Positions 37,613-47,580 of a stretch of DNA of 64,000 bases are shown here, in pieces. The notes under the pieces are model-generated. The model was not told the DNA's origin, did no database searches, and saw nothing but the letters and a program-made list of their open reading frames with translations. This stretch comes from Gammaproteobacteria bacterium (GTDB lineage Bacteria; Pseudomonadota; Gammaproteobacteria; Eutrophobiales; Eutrophobiaceae), in assembly GCA_028819495.1 (NCBI GenBank), contig JAPPLI010000100.1, forward strand, positions 4,190 to 68,189, in the 5' to 3' direction. A program made the translations under genes and the position numbers. Each line of letters opens with the position of its first letter. Within the stretch, counting starts at the first letter, position 1.

Positions 37613-39997
37613 TCACTTACGGCGTTTGCGCCCTGCCGGCGCCGCGGCAATCAGATCAAGGCATTCCTGCAGGGTCAGGTCCTGCGCTTCCTTATCCTTC
37701 GGTATCCTTGCATTCTTTTTCCCATCCGTAATATATGGCCCGTAGCGTCCGTTGAGGACGGAAATGCCTTCTTTTTCAAATACCTTGATGTATTTTGCGG
37801 CGTCCGCGGCCTTCTTCTCCCGCACCAGTTCCTGCGCCCGCGGCAAATCAATCGTATAAGGATCATCCCCCTTTTTCAATGAGACGAACTTGTTGTCATA
37901 GCGCACATAAGGACCGAAGCGGCCGATGTTGACGCTGATCTTCTCGCCCTCTTCGGAAACGCCCAGTTCCCGCGGCAGGTGGAACAGCTCCAGGGCCTGT
38001 TCCAGGCTGATGGAATCCATGCGCTGGTCAGGCAGCAGGCTGGCAAATTTCGGATCCTCCCCGTCATCCCTGGCGCCGATTTGAACGAACGGCCCGTAGC
38101 GTCCCATGCGCACCGTCACCGGCCTCCCGGTGGCCGGGTCATTGCCCAGGCTGCGCGGGCTCACCGCTTCACTGCGGCTTACTCCACCCTCCTTGTCCTG
38201 CACCCGCGCCGAGAACGGTTCCCAGAACTCCCTCATCAGCGGGACCCACTCCTTCTCGCCCCTGGAAACGGCATCGAGTTCATCTTCCAGCCTGGCGGTA
38301 AAGTCGTAATCGACATAACTGTCGAAATGCTCGGTCAGGAACCTGTTCACGACTCGCCCCACGTCAGTGGGAACGAAGCGTTTCTTGACCATCTCCACGT
38401 ATTCGCGGGTGCGCAGGGTGGAAATGATGGCGGCATAGGTAGAGGGGCGGCCGATGCCGTAATCCTCCAGGGATTTGACCAGGGTCGCCTCGGAATAACG
38501 CGGGGGAGGTTCGGTAAAATGCTGTTCGGGCCGTATTTTCAACAATCCCGCCGCATCACCGGGCTGCATGGGAGGGAGTTTCCTCTCAGTGGCATCATTC
38601 CCCTGCCCCGTTTTGCGATCATCTTCTCCTTCGGTGTAGAGAATCATGAAACCCTTTTCAACCACGGTAGCGCCGTTGGCCCGCATCAGCGCGCCGGGGC
38701 CGCATTCCAGGTCCACCGCGACCGTGTCGATGACGGCCTGGGCCATCTGACTGGCCAGCGCCCGCTTCCAGATCAACTCGTACAGCCGGAACTGCTCTTT
38801 CGACAGTTTCGACCGAATTTCTTCCGGCACGCGCTGCACGGAAGTCGGCCGGATCGCCTCGTGCGCCTCCTGGGCGTTTTTCGACCTGGTCCGGAACCGG
38901 CGCGGGCGTTCGGGCAGGTACTTTGCGCCGTATTGTTTGTCTATGTACCAGCGCATCTCATTGATCGCATCCGCCGCCAGGCTCACCGAGTCGGTCCTCA
39001 TGTAGGTGATCAGGCCGACCGCGCCTGATCCGGTATCTATTCCCTCGTACAATTGTTGCGCCACGCGCATGGTCTGCTGTGCGGTGAACCCGAGCTTGCG
39101 CACGGCCTCCTGCTGCAGCGTGGAGGTGATGAACGGCGGCGCCGGCTGGCGCTTGCGCTGTTTACGGTCAACCTTGCTGACGATCAGCTCGCCCTTGTAT
39201 TGCGCCTTCTGGCCGATCCCGGTTGCGTCATTGTTTGGCAACGTAGCGCCCCCCTGTCCGATCTGCGCTGCGGCTTGTTGTTCCAACGCCGCGGAAACCT
39301 CCCGCGCCCGTTGCTCATCCGTGATGCTGAACTGTTCGATCTTCTTATCCCGGAAACGGATCAAGCGGGCGGGAAACGCGGTTCCGGCCCGCTCCAGGTC
39401 TGCTTCTATGGTCCAGTACTCACGGGTCTTGAAGCGTTCGATTTCTTCTTCGCGCTCGACGATCATCCTCAAGGCGGGGCTCTGAACCCGGCCGGCGGAG
39501 AGACCCCTGCGAATCTTCTTCCACAATAACGGGGACAGGTTGAAGCCTACCAGGTAATCCAGGGCGCGCCTTGCCTGCTGGGCGTTGATCAGGTCCCATG
39601 AGAGCTCGCCGGGATTATCGATGGCGCGTAATACCGCGTTCTTCGTGACCTCATGAAACACCACCCGTTTTACTTCCTTGCGCTTGAGCGCGCCGCGCTC
39701 CTTGAGCAGTTCAAACAGGTGCCATGATATGGCTTCACCTTCCCTGTCGGGATCAGTGGCCAGGTAAAGAACGTCGGATTTTTTCAGGGCACGCGCGATC
39801 GCGTCCACGGAACGGGCATTTTTATCGATGATTTCATAACGCATGGCGAACTCCTTTTCCGGGTCCACCGCGCCGGATTTCGGCAACAGGTCGCGCACGT
39901 GGCCATTGGAAGCCATAACGGTGTATCCGCTACCCAGGTAACGGTTCAAGGTCCTTGCCTTTGCAGGGGATTCAACTATAACTAATGCTTCAGACAT
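37613..39997 (-). CDS. topA: DNA topoisomerase I
   Basis: IVESPAKA, ATDPDREGE, SAGRVQS, GLITYMRTD, AQEAHEAIRP; three GR(Y/F)GP C-terminal repeats and no Zn fingers. Confidence 0.98.
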   Translation of the reverse strand: MSEALVIVESPAKARTLNRYLGSGYTVMASNGHVRDLLPKSGAVDPEKEFAMRYEIIDKNARSVDAIARALKKSDVLYLATDPDREGEAISWHLFELLKERGALKRKEVKRVVFHEVTKNAVLRAIDNPGELSWDLINAQQARRALDYLVGFNLSPLLWKKIRRGLSAGRVQSPALRMIVEREEEIERFKTREYWTIEADLERAGTAFPARLIRFRDKKIEQFSITDEQRAREVSAALEQQAAAQIGQGGATLPNNDATGIGQKAQYKGELIVSKVDRKQRKRQPAPPFITSTLQQEAVRKLGFTAQQTMRVAQQLYEGIDTGSGAVGLITYMRTDSVSLAADAINEMRWYIDKQYGAKYLPERPRRFRTRSKNAQEAHEAIRPTSVQRVPEEIRSKLSKEQFRLYELIWKRALASQMAQAVIDTVAVDLECGPGALMRANGATVVEKGFMILYTEGEDDRKTGQGNDATERKLPPMQPGDAAGLLKIRPEQHFTEPPPRYSEATLVKSLEDYGIGRPSTYAAIISTLRTREYVEMVKKRFVPTDVGRVVNRFLTEHFDSYVDYDFTARLEDELDAVSRGEKEWVPLMREFWEPFSARVQDKEGGVSRSEAVSPRSLGNDPATGRPVTVRMGRYGPFVQIGARDDGEDPKFASLLPDQRMDSISLEQALELFHLPRELGVSEEGEKISVNIGRFGPYVRYDNKFVSLKKGDDPYTIDLPRAQELVREKKAADAAKYIKVFEKEGISVLNGRYGPYITDGKKNARIPKDKEAQDLTLQECLDLIAAAPAGRKRRK

Positions 39998-40028
39998 TTT
40001 TATTATTCACACTTTGTTATTGATTTAT

Positions 40029-40070
40029 GGGGTCAGAGTAAGAAATTCGAAGAATTTTTACTCTGACCCC
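40029..40070. repeat. Family A palindrome (42 bp)
   Basis: Identical to the copies at 14732 and 41434. Confidence 0.95.
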
Positions 40071-40096
40071 TTTTATCTGCAGCAGGCCGGTTCCGT

Positions 40097-41266
40097 CTAT
40101 GACGGTTCCCGTTCCGCACGCATATACAGGCCCGGCGCAACCGCCGTGATCAGCCCTTCCAGTTCCAGGTTCAACAACTTTCCCATAATGTCCTCAATAC
40201 CGAGTCCGGTCATGTCCACAATTTCATCCAGGCCTGTCGGTTCGTACCCTATATTATCAAGCAGCACTTTTTCCCGTTCGTCAAGTGTATTGCTCTTCCC
40301 CACCCCGGCTGAGGCTCCCCCCGAGGATGTCGCTTCAAGGTTGACGCAGCGGCCGAGAACGCCCGCAATATCCTCCACCCGCTCCGCCAGGCCGGCCCCT
40401 TCGCGCAACAGGCCGTGGCAACCCTGTTTCATCGGGTTCCTGATGGAACCCGGCACTGCGAACACCTCCCGGTTCTGTTCCAGGGCATGCCTTGCCGTGC
40501 TCAGCGAGCCGCTCCTGCGGGCCGCCTCAACCACCAGGACCGCTTCACTCAGGCCGCTTATGACCCGGTTGCGGCGCGGGAAATTATGCGGCAGCGGCCG
40601 CCAGGACAAGGGAAATTCGGACACCAGGGCGCCGCTTTCACTGATCTTCTCTGCCAGTCCCGCATTGGACTCCGGATATACGCAATCCAGCCCGCTGCCC
40701 AGCACTGCCACGGTCCTGCCCTGTTGTCCCAGCGCGCCCCGGTGCGCTTCCGTGTCTATCCCCCGGGCCAGGCCGCTGGTCACCGTAATCCCCTGCCTTG
40801 CCAGTTCCCCGGCAAAATAGCGGGCATCCCTGCGGCCATCCATGGTAGGTTTTCGACTCCCCACAATGGCAACCTGGCAACTTCCCAGGACTTCGGGGTC
40901 ACCGCGTACGAACAGGCCTGGAGGAGGCGCCGCTATCTGTTTCAATATAGCCGGGTAATGTGGACTGTCAAGCGGGACCAGGCGGTAGTCCGGACGTTCC
41001 AGGGACCGGATTTCGCGCTCGATTTCCTGTGTATCAGGCTCCCGCAGGGCTTTCAGGACCGGCCCCGGCAAGTGGGAACGATTGATTGCCCCTGCCCCGA
41101 CCGCGTCCAGCACGGCCTGAGCAGTCCCGAAACCCGCCAGCAATTGAGACAGGTCATGCTCAGCCGCAGCCGCGGCATGCAAAAGCACCAGCCAGGCATA
41201 TGTTTGGGAATGTTCTGAAGCCCCGTCCTTGACTGTGTTCACCGATATCCTCCCTGACATGTACAA
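40097..41266 (-). CDS. dprA: DNA-processing protein DprA
   Basis: VAIVGSR, SGLARGID, FPRRNRVISGLS, EVFAVPG; start uncertain. Confidence 0.95.
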   Translation of the reverse strand: MYMSGRISVNTVKDGASEHSQTYAWLVLLHAAAAAEHDLSQLLAGFGTAQAVLDAVGAGAINRSHLPGPVLKALREPDTQEIEREIRSLERPDYRLVPLDSPHYPAILKQIAAPPPGLFVRGDPEVLGSCQVAIVGSRKPTMDGRRDARYFAGELARQGITVTSGLARGIDTEAHRGALGQQGRTVAVLGSGLDCVYPESNAGLAEKISESGALVSEFPLSWRPLPHNFPRRNRVISGLSEAVLVVEAARRSGSLSTARHALEQNREVFAVPGSIRNPMKQGCHGLLREGAGLAERVEDIAGVLGRCVNLEATSSGGASAGVGKSNTLDEREKVLLDNIGYEPTGLDEIVDMTGLGIEDIMGKLLNLELEGLITAVAPGLYMRAEREPS

Positions 41267-41276
41267 TAAAAATCTG

Positions 41277-41475
41277 GGGGTCAGAGTAAAAATTCTTCGA
41301 ATTTCTTACTCTGACCCCTCAAAGTAAGAAATTTCAGCAAATGCCTGCGATGGCATGCAATGTGGAATAGCTGGAAGTGTATCCCCACATCCGCCAGGGA
41401 GTCAACGGTATACCACATTGTGAACCAATTCCAGGGGTCAGAGTAAGAAATTCGAAGAATTTTTACTCTGACCCC
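41277..41475. repeat. Two inverted family A palindromes flanking a 115-bp spacer
   Basis: 41277-41318 and 41434-41475. Confidence 0.92.
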
Positions 41476-41553
41476 ATCCATCCACATTGCCCGCGGCACT
41501 TTTTTTATGGATAATAGTCAAAGGCTTACCCGGTAGAATCAAGCAGGAATCCG

Positions 41554-42060
41554 ATGTCAACATTGACCGTATTACATTTTCCCGACCCCCGGCTGCGTAA
41601 GAAGGCCCGTCCCGTCGCGGCCGTGGACGCGCAGGTCAGACAACTCTCTCGGGATATGCTGGAAACCATGTACGCGGAAAACGGCATCGGCCTGGCCGCC
41701 ACCCAGGTGAACGTACAGCAGCGGGTCGTGGTCATGGACCTCTCGGAAGAGAAAAACGAACCCGTAACCCTGGTCAACCCGGAAATCATGCAAGAAACCG
41801 GCACGGAGGAAATGGAGGAAGGCTGCCTTTCGGTGCCCGGATTTACCGACCTGGTGCAACGGGCGGAAAAAATCTCCTACCGTTACCTCGACCTGGACGG
41901 TCAGGAAATCGAAGCGGAAGCCGACGGGTTGCGCGCAGTCTGCATCCAGCATGAAATCGATCATCTTGACGGAAAACTGTTCATCGATTACCTGTCCCCG
42001 ATAAAACGGCAACGGGTGCGCAAGAAAATAGCGAAGCAGAACAAGATCCGCGCCTTGTGA
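41554..42060 (+). CDS. def: Peptide deformylase
   Basis: [20 protein letters not shown]. Confidence 0.98.
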   Translation: MSTLTVLHFPDPRLRKKARPVAAVDAQVRQLSRDMLETMYAENGIGLAATQVNVQQRVVVMDLSEEKNEPVTLVNPEIMQETGTEEMEEGCLSVPGFTDLVQRAEKISYRYLDLDGQEIEAEADGLRAVCIQHEIDHLDGKLFIDYLSPIKRQRVRKKIAKQNKIRAL

Positions 42061-42983
42061 ACCTCTCCTTTGCCGGCACGCCTGAACTCGCGGCAGTCAT
42101 TCTGGGCGCGCTGATCGAGACCCCGCAGCACCGAATCCGGCATGTTTACACCCAACCCGACCGGCCCGCGGGGCGCGGCAGGAAGAACCGTCCGAGTCCG
42201 GTCAAACAACTCGCTCAGCGGTTCGCTATTCCCGTCAAACAGCCCGCGAGCGCTGCTGAACTCGCACGGGACGCCGACCTGGCCGGCATCGATGCCTTGA
42301 TAGTCGTCGCCTACGGCCTGATCCTGCCCGCACAGGTACTGTCCCGGCCCAGCTACGGTTGTATTAACGTGCACGCTTCCCTGCTGCCCAGGTGGCGCGG
42401 CGCGGCGCCGATCCAGCGGGCGATCCAGGCGGGTGATAGTGAAACCGGGATTTCAATCATGGTCATGGACCGCGGCATCGACACCGGCAGGATCCTGCTG
42501 CGGAAGGCCTGTGCCATCGGCAAGGCCGATACCGCCCTGTCCCTGTCGGAACGGCTGGCGTTGCTGGGCGCCGAGTGCCTGCCCGAAGCCCTGGCAGGAC
42601 TGGCGGATGGTTCCATTGACCCGGTGAACCAGGATGACGAGAAAGCGATCTACGCGCACAAGGTCACTAAACAGGAGGCGGAAATCGACTGGAATGCAGG
42701 TGCGGAACAAATCGAAAGAAGCATCCGCGCGTTCAACCCGGCGCCGGTTGCGCACACCTGCCTGAACGATGTGAAGATACGGGTCTGGGAAGCCCGGACA
42801 CTGGACGCCGTCGCGGACCGCTGCAATCCCGGAAATGTCATAAGTTACGGACCGGAAGGACTCGATGTCTGCACCGGAAGCGGGGTCCTGCGTATCCTCG
42901 CCCTGCAACTGGAGGGAAAGAAGAAACAGGCCATAAGGGAGATCCACAACGGTTATCCCGGCCTTTTCGTTCCACGGCAATGA
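42057..42983 (+). CDS. fmt: Methionyl-tRNA formyltransferase
   Basis: [40 protein letters not shown]. Confidence 0.98.
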   Translation: MNLSFAGTPELAAVILGALIETPQHRIRHVYTQPDRPAGRGRKNRPSPVKQLAQRFAIPVKQPASAAELARDADLAGIDALIVVAYGLILPAQVLSRPSYGCINVHASLLPRWRGAAPIQRAIQAGDSETGISIMVMDRGIDTGRILLRKACAIGKADTALSLSERLALLGAECLPEALAGLADGSIDPVNQDDEKAIYAHKVTKQEAEIDWNAGAEQIERSIRAFNPAPVAHTCLNDVKIRVWEARTLDAVADRCNPGNVISYGPEGLDVCTGSGVLRILALQLEGKKKQAIREIHNGYPGLFVPRQ

Positions 42984-43005
42984 ACCTGCGCGCGTGCTGC
43001 AAAGC

Positions 43006-43030
43006 GGGGACGGATTTAAAATCCGTCCCC
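43006..43030. repeat. Family B palindrome between duplicated rsmB starts
   Basis: GGGGACGGATTT-A-AAATCCGTCCCC. Confidence 0.9.
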
Positions 43031-43038
43031 AGACAACA

Positions 43039-44340
43039 ATGAACCTCCGGGCCCGCGCTGCAAAGACCATCTGCCGGGTCGTGGATGCCGGGCTGACCCT
43101 GGATGCGGCCCTGGTACAAAGCCTGCATGGTGTCGAACGCGCCGCTGACCGCGGCTTCATCAAGGAACTGTGTTTCGGGACGCTGCGCTGGTTCGATCAA
43201 CTGGAATTCCTGCTCGCCCGCTACCTGGACAGACCGCTCAAACAGAGAGATGGCGATATCGGCATGCTCATCTTGGTCGGCTTGTACCAGTTGCACCACC
43301 TGGGCACGCCCCCCCACGCGGCGATCTCGGAAACGGTGGAGGCAACCGTGGAACTGGACAAGGCCTGGGCAAAGCCGCTGGTCAACGCGGTGCTGAGGCG
43401 CTCACAGCGCGAATATCAACAGAGCAAACCGGAACCGGACCGCCACCCCGGCGCGCATTATTCCCACCCTGCCTGGCTGCTTGACAGGATCAGGTCCGAC
43501 TGGCCGGAACAATGGCAAACCATACTGGAAGCCAATAACAAGCGTCCTCCCCAGCACCTGCGGGTCAACCTCCTGCGTAGCGCCAGGGACAGCTACCTTG
43601 AAGAGTTGGAGCGGACCGGCATCCGGGCGCAACCACTGGATTTGACGCCCTGCGGGTTCCATGTGACGGAGCCGGTCGACGTCAACGATCTGCCTGGTTT
43701 CGGGGACGGGTACGTATCCGTGCAGGATGCCGGCGCGCAGTTGGCCGCCGGCCTGCTGGACCTGCAGCCCGGACACCTGGTACTGGACGCCTGCGCCGCG
43801 CCCGGCGGGAAAACGGCCCACATCCGCGAAACCCAACCGCAGATCGCGGGGATAACGGCCCTGGACGCCGATGAAAAACGTCTCACACTATTGCGCGACA
43901 CCCTGTCCAGGCTGGCGCTGGATGCAACCGTCATCCGGGCCGACGCCGCCAAAACGGACACCTGGTGGGACGGGCGCCCGTTTGACCGCATCCTGCTCGA
44001 CGCGCCGTGCAGCGCCACCGGGGTCATCCGCCGCCATCCCGACATCAAGCGCCTGAAACTCCCGGAGCAGGTCCCTGCCCTGCAAGCCAGCCAGGCAGAA
44101 CTACTGGCAGCCCTGTGGCCGTTGCTGAAACCCGGCGGCAGGTTGCTGTATTCAACCTGCTCCGTGGTGCGAGATGAAAACGACCGGGTAATCGAAACAT
44201 TCCTGGGCAACCACCCTTCGGCCAGAGCCGAAGCGATCCAAGCAGGATGGGGAATTGCTGCGGAGTACGGCCTGCAACTGCTGCCCGGCATGGATGACAC
44301 GGACGGGTTTTATTATGCGGTATTGACCAAAGCGAGTTGA
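43039..44340 (+). CDS. rsmB: 16S rRNA m5C967 methyltransferase
   Basis: VQDAGAQ, DACAAPGGKT, DAPCSATG, YSTCS; ATG 43039. Confidence 0.97.
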   Translation: MNLRARAAKTICRVVDAGLTLDAALVQSLHGVERAADRGFIKELCFGTLRWFDQLEFLLARYLDRPLKQRDGDIGMLILVGLYQLHHLGTPPHAAISETVEATVELDKAWAKPLVNAVLRRSQREYQQSKPEPDRHPGAHYSHPAWLLDRIRSDWPEQWQTILEANNKRPPQHLRVNLLRSARDSYLEELERTGIRAQPLDLTPCGFHVTEPVDVNDLPGFGDGYVSVQDAGAQLAAGLLDLQPGHLVLDACAAPGGKTAHIRETQPQIAGITALDADEKRLTLLRDTLSRLALDATVIRADAAKTDTWWDGRPFDRILLDAPCSATGVIRRHPDIKRLKLPEQVPALQASQAELLAALWPLLKPGGRLLYSTCSVVRDENDRVIETFLGNHPSARAEAIQAGWGIAAEYGLQLLPGMDDTDGFYYAVLTKAS

Positions 44341-44358
44341 CGCATGATTATAATAGAT

Positions 44359-44401
44359 GGGGTCAGAGTAAAAATTCTGGCGAATTTCTTACTCTGACCC
44401 C
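44359..44401. repeat. Family A palindrome (43 bp) at the left edge of the accessory island
   Basis: GGGGTCAGAGTAAAAATTCTGGCGAATTTCTTACTCTGACCCC. Confidence 0.92.
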
Positions 44402-44460
44402 GGAGTTAATGTGCCTGGATATAATAACCCCATGATTTATCACTTCCTTAACCGGACTGC

Positions 44461-45243
44461 ATGATCTCAAAAGACTCAAAGGATTTTATCGGTTCAATCG
44501 AACGGTGCATGGAGGTTATCAGGGCGTTTGATGCCGATGATGTTGAAATGGCGCCGGCGGACGTGGCTGCGAAAACCGGCCTCACCCGGGCGACGGCCAG
44601 GCGCATACTGTTGACATTGACCACCCTGGGTTACGTCGCCAGTGACGGCAAGTGGTTCCGGTTATCGCCGAAAATTCTCGACCTGGGTTTTTCCTACCTG
44701 ACTTCCATGCAGATTGGCCAGGTTATCCAGCCAGTCATCAATGCCGCAAGCAGGAAGGTTGGCGAAACATGCGCGCTCTCGGTATTGCAGGAAGATGATA
44801 TCGTCAGTATAGCCCACAGTTCGTTCGACCGGTTCGACCAAGTGACATTTTACCCCGGCACACACCTGCCAGCCTGTGTCTCGGCAGCGGGAAGGGTGAT
44901 ACTGGCCCATCATAAGTCGGAAAGACTCGATACCTATCTCAGGAATCTCAAGCTGAAACGTTACACATCGAACACGATCACTACTAAAGCGTATTTGAGA
45001 AAAGAACTGGAAAAAATAAGGCAGCAAGGGTATGCCCGTGTCGACGGAGAACTCGAAGTAGGGCTGTATACTCTTGCAGCGCCGATATTCAATGATGAAA
45101 AAACTCCCGTTGCCGCAGTCACTTTCGGTGGCAATGTCGCACGTATCAATGACCGGAATATCGAAAAAGAATTCCTGCCGGAATTATTCGGCGTTGCGAA
45201 GAGGATTGGTCAGCTACTGCCTGACAAGCATCCGATTTTTTGA
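44461..45243 (+). CDS. IclR-family regulator (PcaR/PobR-like)
   Basis: TGLTRATARRILLTL HTH; GRVILA; ELEVGLYTLAAPI. Confidence 0.92.
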   Translation: MISKDSKDFIGSIERCMEVIRAFDADDVEMAPADVAAKTGLTRATARRILLTLTTLGYVASDGKWFRLSPKILDLGFSYLTSMQIGQVIQPVINAASRKVGETCALSVLQEDDIVSIAHSSFDRFDQVTFYPGTHLPACVSAAGRVILAHHKSERLDTYLRNLKLKRYTSNTITTKAYLRKELEKIRQQGYARVDGELEVGLYTLAAPIFNDEKTPVAAVTFGGNVARINDRNIEKEFLPELFGVAKRIGQLLPDKHPIF

Positions 45244-46391
45244 TATCAATTTTGAAAATACAAATTAACAGGTTGTTTCTTGCCGTCAGCGCCGGCAAGT
45301 TCGTCAGTGTCGTCGGTCTGTTGATTATGCCGGTACAGGTCGGCGCCATGCTGGATGGCCTGCGACTGGGTGAGGCAGCCGTCGGTTTTCTTGCGACGAT
45401 GGAATTTTCCGCGCTCGGCGCCGGCCTCATATTTGTCGCGATGAACCCTCTGAAAACCTCAGCCATGAGATACGCGTTGATTGGCGTAGCATTGATAGTT
45501 GCAGGCCAGATCGCATCCGCGCTGATTACATCATATGGCGTCCTGACGGCGCTACGATTTATCGTGGGCTTCGGAGCCGGCCTGGCCAATGCGGCTGCAA
45601 CGGTTACCATTGCGGCGAATTTCAAGGAACCGGAACGAACCGCCGGCTATGCGTTCGGACTGGTCTACCTGGTGGGCGGGGCGCTCTATCTCGCTTCGCC
45701 CTATATGACCGGATACGGCTACCATAAAGGCGTTTTCCTCAGTTTGGCCGCCGTCGTACTGGTATTCACACCATTGCTGTTTGCCTTGCCTGACACGCCG
45801 CTGCAGAAGAAAAAAAGAGACGTTGCCGGGAAGGACGCCATATTAAGCACTGCTGCCTTTTTACTGTTTACCGCCGAGATTTTCCTGATGATCGGAATGG
45901 GCGCGGCCTGGGCATTCGGCGAGCGTATGGGATTGGCAGTTAATTTAACACCACAGGAGATTGGATTTTATTTTGCCTGCACCATGATTGCATCGATCAT
46001 CGGTTCATTGTGCGCAGGCTGGTTGGGCACGCGCTTCGGCAGAACCCTGCCTTTCGTAGTCTGTACTGTACTGGTGGCTATCTGCTGCTATTTCATGGCC
46101 AATCCCGGCATTGCCATTGTCTATGTAATCTGCCTGCTGAGTTTTCAGGTGTTCCAGGCGGTGTTCATACCGTTTTTAATCGGCACGGGCGCGGCCCTGG
46201 AAAGCAGCGGGCGCCTGTCCGCGGCTGTGGTCGCGGTCGAAATCTTCAGTTTCGGCGCCGGCGGGTTCGCAGGCGGCACGGTAGTCGAAACATTCGGCTT
46301 GGCGGCGGTCGGCTGGCTGGCGCTTCTGGGCGGAGCAATCGCCATTCCCCTCCTTATCGCGGTTTGCCTGCCCCTGGATCGGCGCGCCTGA
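45240..46391 (+). CDS. MFS transporter
   Basis: About 12 hydrophobic segments; LRFIVGFGAG. Confidence 0.8.
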   Translation: MISILKIQINRLFLAVSAGKFVSVVGLLIMPVQVGAMLDGLRLGEAAVGFLATMEFSALGAGLIFVAMNPLKTSAMRYALIGVALIVAGQIASALITSYGVLTALRFIVGFGAGLANAAATVTIAANFKEPERTAGYAFGLVYLVGGALYLASPYMTGYGYHKGVFLSLAAVVLVFTPLLFALPDTPLQKKKRDVAGKDAILSTAAFLLFTAEIFLMIGMGAAWAFGERMGLAVNLTPQEIGFYFACTMIASIIGSLCAGWLGTRFGRTLPFVVCTVLVAICCYFMANPGIAIVYVICLLSFQVFQAVFIPFLIGTGAALESSGRLSAAVVAVEIFSFGAGGFAGGTVVETFGLAAVGWLALLGGAIAIPLLIAVCLPLDRRA

Positions 46392-47568
46392 TTCGTGATT
46401 GCCTGTACATGCCTGCAAACAGCATATAACTGAATGACAACAGGAACAGGCTGATATAGATAACATTGGCGTATTGATTATCGACGATGACCAGTCCCGC
46501 CAAAACCGGCCCTGCTGCAATACCGATACCCTGCAGGAAAGGCAACAGAACAACAATACGGCCGTCCCGATCAAAACTGGCTATCCAGCCGTTCTGGAAT
46601 GGGATAACGAAACTGTAAAAGAAATTGTAGACGCATAGTGCCACCAGGTAGGTTGTGGCTGCCGGATGCCGGCCAATAGTGAAAATGGCGATGAATAAAC
46701 ACACATAACCGAATGAGATGGGCACGATGCGTTTCATCCTGCCTGCCAGCCACGCGGGAACCAGGGCGCCGGCAAAACTGAACAGCAGGGAGACAGACAG
46801 GGTTATCGCGATAAAGTCCGTGGCAAACCCTTCGGCATCCCCAAGTCGTTCCATGAACGACCAGATGCTGTTCATGGATGCAAAGAATAATCCGACTGCA
46901 AGCAAGCCATACAGGACAGTACGGTCCGTCACGGCAGACGGTTTACTCAACTGCTTGTCGCTGCGGGTGTTTCCCGTTAAAGGATTTGAGCGCGGTATGG
47001 CATGGTAGCAAATCACAGGTAAAAGAGCCACCAACCCGGTCATGATGAAAACCGGCGCCGCGCCCCATGTCATCCACAGCCAGGACGCGCCATTCAGGCA
47101 CAGCGCGCCGACAAATACCTGCAGCGCCATGGCATAGGCGAACTCCCGGTCCGGATTCACGGACGCACTGATGGTGGCATACATGAATGCAACCATCGTT
47201 CCCGCGCCCAGTCCGGCCATATAACGATATGCCAGTAACGCTTCAAAACTTTCGACCATACCACAAAGCAGGTTGGGAATGACGGTCAACAGCACGGCGA
47301 AAGGGAAAACCCGGCGCCAATAGCAGCGGTGTATCCAGTAGCGGGCGCTGAACGCGGCAATGGTGTTCGCTGTCATATCCGCAGATAACAACATGCCTGT
47401 CTGTCTGCTGCTAAACCCAAATGTTTCGGTAAAAATACCGGCCAGGATGGGCAATAAATAGTAGATTGCGAGACTGGTCGCAAAAATCAGGTAAGTCAGC
47501 CAACGCGTCGCAGTCGCGCTGACATCAACAGGTTCCGTGTCGTGATAGTCTTCGGGGAGAAAAATCAA
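46354..47568 (-). CDS. MFS transporter
   Basis: About 12 hydrophobic segments; YRYMAGLGAG; similar subfamily to the convergent MFS. Confidence 0.8.
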   Translation of the reverse strand: MIFLPEDYHDTEPVDVSATATRWLTYLIFATSLAIYYLLPILAGIFTETFGFSSRQTGMLLSADMTANTIAAFSARYWIHRCYWRRVFPFAVLLTVIPNLLCGMVESFEALLAYRYMAGLGAGTMVAFMYATISASVNPDREFAYAMALQVFVGALCLNGASWLWMTWGAAPVFIMTGLVALLPVICYHAIPRSNPLTGNTRSDKQLSKPSAVTDRTVLYGLLAVGLFFASMNSIWSFMERLGDAEGFATDFIAITLSVSLLFSFAGALVPAWLAGRMKRIVPISFGYVCLFIAIFTIGRHPAATTYLVALCVYNFFYSFVIPFQNGWIASFDRDGRIVVLLPFLQGIGIAAGPVLAGLVIVDNQYANVIYISLFLLSFSYMLFAGMYRQSRIRRADPGAGKPR

Positions 47569-47580
47569 ACGATACTTCCC

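Noticed and set aside
41319-41433. Possible ncRNA or gene remnant between the inverted palindromes
   Set aside because: No recognisable structure or coding similarity by eye; an Rfam/BLAST search would be needed
35052-41499. Short ORFs sharing peptides GVRVKILRISYSDP or GVRVRNSKNFYSDP
   Set aside because: These are translations of the palindromic repeat, not a protein family
35022-44401. Family A repeats as a CRISPR array
   Set aside because: Copies are dispersed between genes in both orientations, at most paired, with related rather than unique linkers, and there are no cas genes
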